The notes below the pieces were generated by a model that had not been told where the DNA came from, searched no databases, and saw only the letters and a program-made list of their open reading frames with translations. Positions 47,070-59,662 of a stretch of DNA of 64,000 nucleotides are shown one piece after another. A program made the position numbers and the translations under genes. Source of the stretch: the human T2T-CHM13v2.0 reference genome, Homo sapiens; the NCBI RefSeq assembly GCF_009914755.1, contig NC_060939.1; one strand, 5' to 3'. Within the stretch, counting starts at the first letter, position 1, and each line of letters begins with the position of its first letter.

Positions 47070-47560
47070 GGTTATAGATGTTTAACTTGTTGAATTGTTT
47101 AAGTTCATCATAGATTCTGGATATCAGACCTTCTTTCATTGGATTCATAGCTTGCAAATATTTTCTCTTATTCTGTAGGTTGTCTGTTTACTCTGTTGAT
47201 AGTTTTGTTTGCTGTGCAGGAGCTCTTTGGTTTAATTAGGTCCCAGTTGTCAATTTTTGTTTCTGTTGCAATTGCTCTTGAGGACCTTACATCCTCTGTG
47301 AAAGTCAATGTCTGAAAAGTCCATATTTTCTAGGTTTCTTTCTAGGATTCTTATATTAATAGTTTGAGGTCTTACCTTTAAATATTTAATTCATCTTGAG
47401 TTAATTTTTGTGTGTGGTAATGGTAGAGTCCAGTTTCATTCTTCTACATATGGCTAGCCAGTTATCCTAGCACCGTGTATTAAATAGAGTATCCTTTCTC
47501 TACTGCTTATTTTTGCCAACTTTGTCAAAAATCAGATGGTTGTAGTTGTGTGGCTTTAGG
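47070..47560 (-). mobile_element. L1 ORF2 3' fragment
   Basis: 'gctgtgcaggagctctttggtttaattaggtccc', 'ttcatcttgagttaatttttg'. Confidence 0.85.
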
Positions 47561-48064
47561 AAATGTATCATTGAATGGATTTACTTCCCTGTTTGCTATT
47601 GGCTTGAAAGAGTCCCAGGATATTCATTTCTGGATAGTTTTACACCATAAAGAAACAAAATAGAGTATCTTAATTTCAAGTTGACCCAAGAGAGAAAGAA
47701 AATATGAACTCCAAGGAATTGCCATTTAGGCATTTATGACCAGATCAATGTAAATTTTACATGACCACCTGTTTTTCTCTTTACGTCAGCATCTTGAAAG
47801 TGGCAAAGTTTTGCTGCTCAATGAACACCTTGGAAATATGTGCCTTAAATTAACCAGAAAACTCATATGAATGAGAGAGTTGGGACAGCATCTCCTCCGA
47901 ACCTCTTTGTCAACGTTTTTTTTATTTTTGTAGCGGTAAATACTCTGTTTTCTGTGATTTCCCACAAACTGGCTACCCTCTTCCTTTCCTAAATTTTATA
48001 TTTGACACCTCCATTGACAAAGGACTGCCTCTTTTCTTCTGTCAGATAAGCTACAAACTTGCCA

Positions 48065-48369
48065 TTTTATTTTTTATTTATTTGAGACAGGGTCTCACTC
48101 TGTTGCCCAGGTTGAAGTACAGTGGCACGATAGCCTGCCACAGCCTCAAACTCCCGGACTCAATAAATCCTCCCACCTCAGCCTCCCTAGTAGCTAGGAC
48201 TACAGGTGTGCATCACCAAGCCCAGCTATTTTTTTTTTTTGTATTTTTTGTAGAGTCAGGGTTTCACCATGATGCCAAGGCTGGTCTTGAACTCTTGGAC
48301 TCAAGCAATCCATCTACCTCAGTCTCCTAAAGTGATAGGATTACAGGCATGAGCCACCACACCTGACTG
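48065..48369 (-). mobile_element. Alu (AluJ-like)
   Basis: Antisense Alu; imperfect TSD aacttgcc(a/c)tttta. Confidence 0.92.
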
Positions 48370-48786
48370 AACTTGCCCTTTTAAATCCCAATTCCTAAGG
48401 CTTTCTTGCTCCAGTTCACAAGACCTAATTACCTCCACCTATTTACTAAGTGTTTTCCCTCAAATCAGTCCAGAAAAAATGGAATTCATGAGAACGTTCT
48501 TGGACTTTATGCCATTTTGGTATGAATCCCAGTAAGATGGTACTTTGAAAATATGGGATATCTACTTATTATCAACTACTATTATATTTTCTTTATACAC
48601 TCAGTGACCCACTGCAGGCATGTTTTTAAATGTCCTCATGATTATTTTTAATTCCAAAAAGAATTCAACTTGTCTGGTGTGCTTAGAAAAGTGCCTTGCT
48701 TTCCTCCAAAAACTTTACCAGTGAGGTTCATTGATGTTAGCATTATGCACCTAGAAAAGATATAGCTAGAAGGAAGTAGCTTTTAA

Positions 48787-49105
<319 letters not shown>

Positions 49106-52100
49106 CCTTTTTTTCTTTTTAAAAATTATGATAGGCATTTTCAGGAGCATGACTTTAAATATTAACTTAGCCCTTCTTTCTGAATTAGTTAATACTGCAA
49201 GGAAAAAGAATTGGCCTCTCATGGGGGGAAAAAGTTTGAATTCAGTGAGAATAGAGCAGGGATTTTTTGAAACAGTAACTCTAGTTCTAGTAGAATTTTA
49301 TTACAAGAATTTGAACACTTGAGAGATTAAGACTAGATACCCCTATCCACAAAGAGGAGCTGCCAATTTTCTGGCCAAGTTGAGCAATTAGTTATGTTTT
49401 GAATTTAACCAATTTAAAAAAATAATAATTCTAGCTTCAAACTCCTACCTTCTCCTCAATAGTGGATTACTTTCGTTAGAGACATCTGGTTAATTAATTC
49501 AGTTTTGCACTTCATTTTGCCTGTGTGGACAGAGGTTGAATGCCATGTCTGATTCAATCCCAGAGGCAAGGAAGCATTGGGAGGACATCATCTACATCAG
49601 TCTCTTAGAACGAAATTATAGTCCAGAGAATGAATACAGAATGTTCGAACTTGCAAATTCAAACAATTTTTGATTATTTAGGAAAATAAAGGTAAAGCCT
49701 GGCATGGATTACCTTAAGCCATAGACATTTGACAGAGAATCACATTAGGCACCAAATCAACTGTTATGAAAATTTCCATTTAAAAGGAGAATTGTGTTGA
49801 ATATATTTGTGCATCAGCTCTGACATTTCTGTATATGATTTTAACATCTTGAAGCCCAGATGAAAGTATTATCATTGCTGAGAAATAGAAATATAATCAG
49901 CAAACATAAGATCTTTTTATTATTCTTAGTAGTAGAAAAATAGATCCAAACATTTCAAAGTGTTGGCAAGACTGTAAATCAACATGTGAAAGCAATAACT
50001 ACAAATTCCTCTCTTCTTGCCTTTGCTCAGCCGAGATGTAAATTCAAATCATAAAATAGTAAAATAGTTAAAGAAATATTAACAAAGTTGAAAGGCAAAG
50101 GACTGAGTCAAGGAATAAACTAGATAATATATTTCTGAAAAAAAAATAGAAATTCTTCAAGAAGTTTTTAGGAAAAACCATAATATACAAGAAGAAAAAC
50201 ATACCAAAGTCTTTAAATAGCCATTTTTTTTTACAACAACCTATCCTATAATTTTCCCTTAAATTCATTAAAGGACAGAAAGCCCTTGAAAACCTTTAGT
50301 AATTCTATAAATGTAGGATTAAGTCATAAAGCAGTGGAATTCCTTTTCAAGGCTAGCCACTTATACCAACAAAAACCACAAAAGAGAGTGTAGTTTTTGT
50401 TTCTTCTTCAACGACCTTGCTGTATTTGGGTTACAATGTATAGACAGCCATAAAGATATTTTGGGATGTGGATATTAGAATGGAGAGTTGGCTTACCTGA
50501 GGCTAAATCACTCTTTGAAACAACAGCCCAAGTAATATTCAAATTTCCAACTTAGAAAATGAAAATTATAAATTGCCATAGATCTTTAGTGTGGAAACTG
50601 CTACAGAACTAGCTAGTAAAGAAAAAGGCACATACCACTCAACAATAAAGTTAATCTCACCTCAAACCAGCCAAGTTACATTAAATAAATGCCTTCTAGA
50701 CTGCACATTTAGCTGGAGACTATGAACATCAAGTTATTTTCCAGCATAAAACTTGAACAGTGTATCCTAACACCCCACCACATCTCCGCATTACTATAAA
50801 AAATATCAAAGAGATTATACACAGTCTGTTGGTTGGCAAGACCTGGCAAATTCTCTCCACTTTTAAGTATATGCAAACAAACAAAATACATGGATAATAC
50901 ATTTTACAAAAACCTGTAACATAAAGGAAAAATTGATCTAATGAGGTGGAGGGACTCAAACCTAAAAAAGTGATTTTAAAATAAAACACATAAGAAAAAC
51001 TAATAATACATTTATTTCAGAATGCATCTACTTTGTGTTCTTAAGAAGATAATACAATCAAGATAAAGTGAAAGAGAGCTTTATTAAAAGAAAAATGTCA
51101 TGAGAACCAGCCACATTAGGAAAGAACATGGTGCCATTTCCGTTTTTCTTTTCATCTATCACTCACTTTAAAAAAATAAATAAAAAGATGAAAACAATAA
51201 TCTCCATTATTATGAAACCAGGAGACAGTCACAACCCTAGGCTTCAAGTTATAAAAAAAATAGCTGCCAAGCACATTGAATTTAGGATGAAATTGGAGAA
51301 GAACCGTGAGAAAACACACAAAAGTCTACAGTTCTCTTACAAGATGCAGTTTCTTAAAGGTTCTAGATGCTAAGGGCAGAACACCTGACCAGCCGTCCTT
51401 TAGTTAGAACAGTTAGTCTGATGTTGTGGACAATATGTAAGTTGGTCATAATGATGATTTTTCACACTATAGAGCATGAAGTGGGGTCAAGGGGAAAAGG
51501 CCTTCAGATGAGCCATGTTTGGAGGAAGCCGGTGGAGAGAATGTCAGGGTGAAGGAGCAATCGACTTGGAGGCAGCTGATGAAAACTAAAGAAATATATG
51601 CTAATTTTTGATATGAAGCACACTTATAAATCACATAGGTTCATTATGAATCACATTTACCTTCTTCTTACTCCAAAGAGGAGTAGAAACATGTCATATA
51701 GCACAGGGGTGATGCACAAGTTATTTAAACAGTAGAGTTTATGTATCAACCAATCAGAACAAACACTGGCCAATAAGAAGGAAAGGAAATACAGGAGATA
51801 AACATATTGGAAAGTGAGGGCAAAAGTATTCTTATATGCCAATGGTATGAATCCATACTTAGAAACCCCAAGAGAATCAACTGAAAAAACAAGTAGAGCA
51901 TTACAGTAATTCAGCAAGGTGGTATATACAAAAATCAAAAGCTTACCCATATGCAAATAAGTTCGAAGAGATAAGAAAATTTGATATTTTAAGAAGTAAC
52001 AAAACCAAAGTAGGTATATCAAGAAATATGTAGATTTACTTAAAGAATAATTTAAAATATTAAGGAACCTAATAAGAGAATATGTTAATAGAGACCATAG

Positions 52101-53174
52101 TTTATTATTTCCTCAAACTTGAGATTCCAGTCATTCTAAAACATATCATTATTTTCAAATTCACTATTAAAAAACTGCTGCCAATTAAAATATTACATAA
52201 TCCTTTCTAATCATTGATTGCGATGTGTATCCCAATTTAAGAGATAATAAAATGAAAAATGTTCATCTTATAATTGAAATACTGTATATAAGAAATAGCT
52301 AATACCTAGAAATATCCTGGCAACATTATTGAATTTCAAGAGTAAACACAAAATTCTTTCAGGAACTAGGCAATAAAAAAAATTACAAAGAAATTAGATC
52401 AGCCTTAGCTTTTCTTAGAATGTTGAGTGCCAGAAGACACTAGACTCATCTTTGGATTTCTGAATAGAAAAGGATGAGATCCAAGAATTCTGTGGTCTGC
52501 CAAGACTTTTTTATGTACAAAGGCAATTAAAAAATATTCTCAGATAGAAGGCTCAGAAAATATATTACTATGTTCTAGAAAAATTTACTCAATAATCATG
52601 CATCTGATAGTCATGCAGTGAATTAAAGGAGAAACACAAATTATAGTATAAAGCACTGAAGTGATTATTAATTTCATAAAATCAGAATTAGATTTATAAA
52701 TACATTAGGCTAAATTAAACATAAATTATAGTGAAATATTTCATATATAATATTAGAAATATTAATTTAAAAATAAGACCATAATAATCTTAACCTCTTC
52801 CGAGTATATATATCAGCCCCATAGAGAAGAGTTGGAGAGGCAGAAAGAACAAGTCACATTCACTATTTTATGTTAGTAAAATTGTCTAATTCACTTTTTT
52901 CACATTCTTTAAAATTAGTTTTTATGCCTAAGATTATAAAGTAGAAAATCTGACCCACAATGTCATCTCATAATATATATCTGTTAATATTTAAAATATT
53001 TTAAAATAAATGAATAAAATATCACCTGCTTAAGGTTTAAATTTTTGGATAGTACAGACAGGTATAAAATGCAAAGTAAAGCTAATTTAATGTTCTAGGC
53101 CTTCTTTCCATTGGTAACAATTGCTAAACAGTTTCTCATATACAGAAATGTCAGAGCTGATGCACCTGCTAAAC

Positions 53175-53418
53175 AGGTGCTCAGTGGGGGTGTTTTTGAG
53201 CCAGGATGAGCCAGGAAAAGGACTTTCACAAGGTAATGTCATCACTTAAGGCAAGGACCGGCCATTTACACTTCTTTTGTGGTGGAATGTCATCAGTTAA
53301 GGTGGGGCAGGGCCTTTTCACTTCTTTTATGATTCTTCAGTTACTTCAGGCCATCTGAGCCTTATACGTGCAAGTCACAGGGGATGCAATGGCTTGGCTT
53401 GGGCTCAGAGGCCTGACA
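53175..53418 (-). mobile_element. Partial LTR7 (3' LTR of HERV-H): first ~245 bp of U3 only
   Basis: Minus strand begins TGTCAGGCCTCTGAGCCCAAGC after the polypurine tract AGAAGGCAGGAA; stops at ...CCCCCACTGAGCACCT; no TATA box, R or U5. Confidence 0.93.
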
Positions 53419-55431
53419 TTCCTGCCTTCTTATATTAATAAGAAAAATAAAACAAAATAGTGTTGAAGTGTTGGGGCAGCAAAAATTTTTGGGGGGTGGT
53501 ATGGAGAGAGAATGGGCGATGTTTCTCAGGGCTGCTTCAAGCAGGATTAGGGGCGGCGTGGGAACCTAGAGTGGGAGAGATTAAGCTGAAGGGAGATCTT
53601 GTGGTAAGGGGTGATATTGTGGGGTTGTTAGAAGAAACATTTGTCGCATAGAATGATTGGTGATGGCCTGGATACGGTTTTGTATGAATTGAAAAACTAA
53701 ATGGAATAACAGAAGGAGAAAAACAGGTATAAAAGGTCTAAGAATTGGGATGACTCAGGATATCTGATTAGAGAGTGCCTAAGGAGATTCAGCATAGTCC
53801 TGCCAGCAAAGATTATTTATTTACTTCAAGAGTTAAGAGTGGCAGTTTGGGGATAGCACCAGGAGATATCAGCTGTGATGGCTTGGAAAAACAGTGTAAA
53901 CCGGCAGTGTAAACAAGAGCAGGGCATGTATGAGTAGTTGAGAACGGTGAATAGGAATATGACTAGACAGAAGATAGTAGGGATGACAAGTTTTTTGGGG
54001 CGCAGTCTAAGTTGGTCTGGTGTCTGGAATGAGACTGGGGCCTAATAAAAAGGAGCGTCTATACAGGGGCTTAAATGGGCTGTACCCTGTAGCATTCCGA
54101 GGACAGGCCTGAATTCTGAGAAGGGAAAGTGGTAAAAGTATTGTCCAGTCCTTTTTAAGTTGGTGGCTGAGCTTGGTGAGATGTGTTTTTAAAAGACCTT
54201 TAGTCCATTCTACTTTTCTTGAAGACGGAGGACTGTAAGGGATATAAAGGTTTCACTGAATACTAAGAGCCTGAAAAACTGCTTGGCTGATTTTACTAAT
54301 AAAGGCTCGTCTGTTATCAGACTGTATTGAGGTGGGAAGGCTAAACTGAAGAATTATGTCTGACAGAACGGAAGAAATGACTGCGGTGGCCTTCTCAGAC
54401 CCTGTAGGAAAGGCCTTTACTTATTCAGTGAAAGTGTCTATTTAGACTAAGAGGTATTTTAGTTTCCTGACTCGGGCATGTTGAGTAAAGCTAATTTGCC
54501 AGTCCTGGGTGGGGGCAAATCCTCGAGCTTGATGTGTAGGGAAGGGAGGGGGCCTGAATAATCCCTGAGGAGCAGTAGAATAGCAGATGGAACACTGAGA
54601 ATTTATTTCCTTGAGGATAGATTTCCACAATGGAAAGGAAATGAGAGGTTCTAAGAGGCGGGCTAGTGGCTTGTGCTATAGCATAGCCTGCCTTTGCTGG
54701 TGTGTGGCGATTAGGCCTGGTGGAACTGCCATCAATAAATCAAGTGTGATCAGGGTGAGGAACAGGAAAGAAGGAAATATGGGGAAATGGGGTGAATGTC
54801 AGGTGGACCAGAGAGATACAGTCATGGGGGTCAGGTGTGGTATCAGGAATAATGTAGGAGGCCGGATTGAAGTCCGTGCCAGGAACAATGGTAATTGTGG
54901 GAGACTTAACAAAGAGTGAGTACAGCTGAAGGAGCCGGGGAGCAGAAAGTATATGCGTCAGGTATAAGGAAGAAAATAGATTTCGGAAGTTATGAGAAAT
55001 GTAGAGAGTGAGTTGAGCATAGTTTGTGATTTTTAGGGACTCTAAAATATTAGGGCGGCAGCAGCCGCTGCACGGAGACATGAGGGCTAGGCTAAAACAG
55101 TAAGGTCAAGTTGTTTGCACAGAAAGGCTATAGGGTGCGGTCCTGGCTCTTGTGTAAGAATTCTGACTGCACTAACCATGCCTAGGAAGGAAAGGAGTTG
55201 TTGTTTTGTAAGGGATTGAGGTTTGGGAGATTAATCGGACACGATCAGCAGGGAAAGCACGTATGTTTTTATGAGAATTATGCCGAGATAGGTAACAGAT
55301 GAGGAAGAAATTTGGGCTTGATTGAAGTAATGGAGGCTGTCTGTGAAGCTTTGCGGCGGTACAGCCTAGGTAATTTGCTGAGCTTGATGGGTGTCAGGGT
55401 CAGTCCAAGTGAAAGCGAAGAGAGGCTGGGA

Positions 55432-55854
55432 TTAAGGGTGCAAAGGAATAGTAAAGAAAGCGTGTTTGAGATCTAGAACAGAATAATGGATTGTGGAGGG
55501 AGGTATTGAGGATAGGAGAGTATATGGGTTTGGCACCATGGGGTGGATAGGCAAAACAATTTGGTTGATGAGGTGCAGATCCTGAACTAACTTGTAAGGC
55601 TTGTCTGGTTTTAGGACAGGTAAAATGGGGGAACTATAGGGAGAGTTTATAGGCTTTAAAAGGACATGCTGTAGCAGGCGAGTGATAACAGGCTTTAATC
55701 TTTTTAAAGCGTGCTGCGGGATGGGATATTGGCATTGAGTGGGGTAAGGGTGATTAGGTTTTAATGAGATGGTAAGGGGTGCATGATCGGTCGCCAAGGA
55801 GGGAGTAGAGGTATCTTGTGGGTTAAGGTGGGGGGATACAAGAGGAGGATGCAA
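55432..55854 (-). pseudogene. pol: HERV-H pol (RT N-terminal) remnant
   Basis: QYPIP...SPYSSPILPVLKPDKPYKLVQDLHLIN...YSVLDLKHAFFTIPLHP. Confidence 0.9.
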
Positions 55855-55944
55855 AGGAGGCTTTGGATTGGGAAGAAGGGCAGCAATGAGATATAGCTGT
55901 AGTCCAGGAATAGTCAGGAAAGCAGATAGTTTAGTTAAAGTGTC

Positions 55945-56169
55945 TCAGCCTAATAAGGGAACTGGGCAGATGGGGATAACTAAAAAGGAGTGCTTAAAAG
56001 AGTACTGTCTAAGTTGGCACCAGAGTTGGGGAGTTTTAAGAGGTTTAGAAGCCTGGCCGTCAATACCCACAACAGTTATGGAGGCAAGGGAAACAGGCCT
56101 TTGGAAAGAAGGTAATGTGGAGTGGGTAGCCTCCGTATTGATTAAGAAGGGGACGGGCTTACCTTCCAC
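55945..56169 (-). pseudogene. pro: HERV-H protease remnant
   Basis: FLINTEATHS (degenerate DTGA site) ...VVGIDG...CPVPLLG. Confidence 0.85.
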
Positions 56170-56349
56170 TGTGAGAGTTACCCGAAGCTCGGCGTCCGTG
56201 ATGGTCTAGGGGGCTTCCGAGGCGATCGGGCAGTGTCAGTCTTCAGCCTCTAAGCCGAGAAGATCTGGGAAGGAGTCAATCAGAGAGCCTTGGGCCAGAG
56301 TTCCAGGGGCTCTGGGAGTGGCTGCCAGGTGAGTTGAACAGTTCAATTT

Positions 56350-56843
56350 TCAGTGGGGTCCCGCACAGATGGGACGTGGCTTAGGAGGAATCCTGGGCTG
56401 CGGGCATTCCTTGGCCTGGTGGTCAGATTTCCGGCACGTGTAGCAAGCTCCTGGGGGAGGAGTTTCTGGAGGAACACCTGGCTGCTGCGGTTCAGGTGTT
56501 TGGAAGTTCTTGTGTGCTGGAGATGTGGCTGGGGTTTGTCTCACAGTGGAGGCAAGGAATTGCAACTTTTTTCTGTTATTGTACACCTTGAAGGTGAGGT
56601 TAATTAAGTCCTGTTGTGGGGTTTGAGGGCCAGATTCCAATTTTTGGAGTTTTATTTAATGTCAGGAGCAGATTGGGTAATAGAATGTATATTGAGAATA
56701 AGACGGCCTTTTGACCTTTTAGGGTCTAGGGCTGTAAAGCGTCTCAGGGCTGCTGCCGAACGAGCCATGAACTGGGCTGGGTTTTTATATTTGATGAAAA
56801 AGAGCCTAAACGCTTCTGACTTGGGATAAAGAAAAAGGAGCAT
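56350..56843 (-). pseudogene. gag: HERV-H gag remnant (capsid C-terminus and nucleocapsid)
   Basis: ITQSAPDIK and the CCHC knuckle CYTCRKSDHQAKEC. Confidence 0.88.
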
Positions 56844-57549
56844 TAACCTTGACTATGCCTTTGGCTCCAGCCACCTTTTTAAGAGTAAATTGCTGGGCAG
56901 GTGAGGGAGGGCTAGTCACGGAACGAAATTGTAAGCTGGAGCAGGTGTGAGGAGGGGAGGTGATAAAAAGATTATAGGGTGGAGGAGCAGAGGCTGAGGA
57001 AGAATTGGGACCTAGCTTGGCCTGGCTAGGAGCAGCCTGGGGAGGAAGGGAGAGGTCAGATGGGTCTGTAGAAAAGGAAGATTAGAAAGACTCAGCGACG
57101 CTTGGGGTTGGTACTGAGGGGACAGGCGGGAGGGAAAGAAGGAAGATTTGGGACAAGTTGCACTGGGCACAGAGACTAGGAAGGGACTGATGTGTAAAAG
57201 AATGCCTGGACGTCAGGCACCTCAGACCATTTGCCTATTTTACGACAAGAATTATTTAGATTTTGCAGGATGGAAAAATTCAAAGTGCCATTTTTCTGGC
57301 TATTTGGAACTACTGTCAAGTTTCTACTGGGGTCAAGCGGCATTGCAGAAGAAAATAAGGCATTTAGGTTTTAGGTCAGGTGTGAGTTGAAGAGGTTTTA
57401 AGTTTTTGAGAACACAGGCCAAGGGAGTAGAAGGAAGAATGGAGGGTGGAAGGTTGCCCATAGTGAAGAAAGCAAGCCTAGAGAAAAGAGAGAGTAGAGA
57501 AATGGAGGGAAGGGGTTTGGGGGTTCTTACCTTCCAGAAAAGTGGGAAA

Positions 57550-58060
57550 AGGGGTTGGGGCACAGAGATAAGAGGTTGGGGTGCGGAAATAAGGGATTGG
57601 GGCACAGAGATATAAGAGGTCGGGGCGTGGAAATAAGGGATTGGAGCACAGAGATACGAGGTTGGGCACGGAAATAAGGGATTGGGGTGCAGAGATATAA
57701 GAGGTTGGGGCACAGAAATAAGGGACTGGGGCACAGAGATAAGAGGTCGGGGTGTGGAAATAAGGGATTGGGGCACAGAGATAAGAGGTCGGGGTGCGGA
57801 AATAAGGGATTGGGGCACAGAGATAAGAGGTTGGGGCAAGGAAGTAAGGGATTGGGGCACAGAGATAGGTTGGGGTGTGGAAATAAGGGATTGGGGCACA
57901 GAGATAAGAGGTTGGGGTGCGGAAATAAGGGATTGGGGCACAGAGATAAGAGGTTGGGGCAAGGAAATAAGGGATTGGGGCACAGAGATAAGAGGTCGGG
58001 GTGCGGAAATAAGGGATTGGGGCACAGAGATAAGAGGTTGGGGCATGGAAATAAGGGATT
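57550..58060. repeat. 42-bp G-rich VNTR (about 12 copies) in the HERV-H leader
   Basis: Unit gggattggggcacagagataagaggttggggtgcggaaataa, itself a dimer of two ~21-bp halves. Confidence 0.95.
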
Positions 58061-58109
58061 GGGGGTTCTTGCCCCGTAGAAAAGCGGCACTTGCTGCTAA
58101 GGGTGAAGT

Positions 58110-58330
58110 AGAAGGGGTTGAGGGGTACTTGCTCCTCTCCCAGAAAAGCAGAGAAGGGGTAGAGACAAGGAGAGAAGGGGTTGGGGTACTTGCCCTTTCC
58201 CCGGAAAAGCAGAGAAGGGGTAGAGACAAGGAGAGAAGGGATTGGGGTACTTGCCCTTTCCCCAGAAAAGCAGAGAAAGGGTAGAGACAAGGAGAGAAGG
58301 GGTTGGGGTACTTGCCCCTTCCCCAGAAAA
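58110..58330. repeat. 62-bp tandem repeat (about 3.5 copies) in the HERV-H leader
   Basis: Unit cagaaaagcagagaaggggtagagacaaggagagaaggggttggggtacttgccctttcccc. Confidence 0.92.
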
Positions 58331-59069
58331 GCGGGACTTGCCGCTAAGGGTGAAGGACGAAGGCAGGCGTCCCTGCGTGGTCTGACACCCTTGAAACGTG
58401 GGTGAATAATCAGAGAGGGATTATTCACAGCTGGAGGATCTTAATACAGCTTCCCTTACATTTTCCTTTTCTGTCGGGAGGGGAGGTGGGGGGTCTTTGT
58501 CTCATTTATTTTAGCTCCTGGCCGCAGTTCCACTGTGTCTCTTTTGGTGGAGGAGGAAGATAAACTCCTATGAAATTATAAGTATTTTACCTTAATGCTT
58601 CATTTCTTCCTGATCAAGAAGAATCAATGGGAAATCCTAAATATTGCCTTCCTTTGCTAAGATTTTTGCTGATATGTAATAGTTTCTATGTGTGACTATC
58701 CACTCACTTCTCAGAACCCTTTCTCAAAGTCAGGACATTATCAGTGAGATTTCTCTGGATTTTAAACATTTATCTTGTTTTCCTAGTACTAAAGAGGAAA
58801 ATGGACAGTGGTTTAGAAATAAACTGAACCCCACCAAATCTTTTTTTTCCTTAGTCCCCATGTTTTGAAGATTATGACAAGATATAGTGTCCCTTTCCTT
58901 ATTTGATTGCTACCAGTTCTTTTTTTTTTTTTCTCCTCTTTCTTACAAATTGTTTTGGTTATTTTATTTGGAACCACAGAGGCAAATTTAGACTTGATGC
59001 CACTCAATCTATTCAGATTGTATTCAGAGTCATTTTATTACTTTTTTATTGATTGATAGCTCGTTTAGG

Positions 59070-59300
59070 AGAGTGTTAAAGATATGGCTTCTGGGACCAG
59101 GACATTCATGTTTAGATGTAAGCAGGGCAACTTGCTAGCTGTGTGACCTGTAAAAGTGACTTATCCTTTCTGTGCCATCTGAATAATAGAATAATAACAG
59201 GGATTAACTTACAGGGTTGTGAGGATACATTAAGTAATATTTACAAAGCAATTGAAAAATTTCCTGGCACTTGGTCAGCTATGTGTTTGTTAAATAAATA
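59070..59300. mobile_element. MIR
   Basis: 'acttgctagctgtgtgacct...tctgtgcc...acttacagggttgtgaggat...cctggcac'. Confidence 0.75.
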
Positions 59301-59662
59301 AAATTAAAGAGCTTGCTTCAAGTTATTTTTTATTGTGACGCTTAAAGCTAACTACCAATAGAATTATCTGAATATATAGCTCCCCATCACTGGAACATTT
59401 ACAAATTGACGTGGATAGACACAAAGAAAACTTTAATAAATTAGAACCGTCAGAATATATATATATATATATATAGGTCATAACCACTTATTTAAACAGA
59501 AAATATTTAACACTTAGATATTTAAAAGCACATCCCAATATAACAAATCAAAGAGGATAAAATAATTTACAGATGATTATTAAATAATCAAAATGGTCAT
59601 ATACTAAAACTTGTAATGTGGACAAACGCAATATAAATTTTAGCCTTGAAGACTCTCATTTA

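Larger units (their letters stand above)
53419..58418 (-). mobile_element. HERV-H internal region (deleted type), lacking the 5' LTR and PBS
   Basis: gag, pro and pol remnants in order on the minus strand, with HERV-H leader repeats; similarity ends abruptly within the leader. Confidence 0.95.

Noticed and set aside
57550-58330. Repeat arrays as CRISPR-like
   Set aside because: Contiguous tandem units with no unique spacers and no cas genes, in primate ERV context.
57333-58428. Long overlapping ORFs (298, 316, 200, 187, 130 aa) as novel repeat proteins
   Set aside because: They are by-products of a 42-bp in-frame VNTR in a HERV-H leader with no promoter or other coding evidence.
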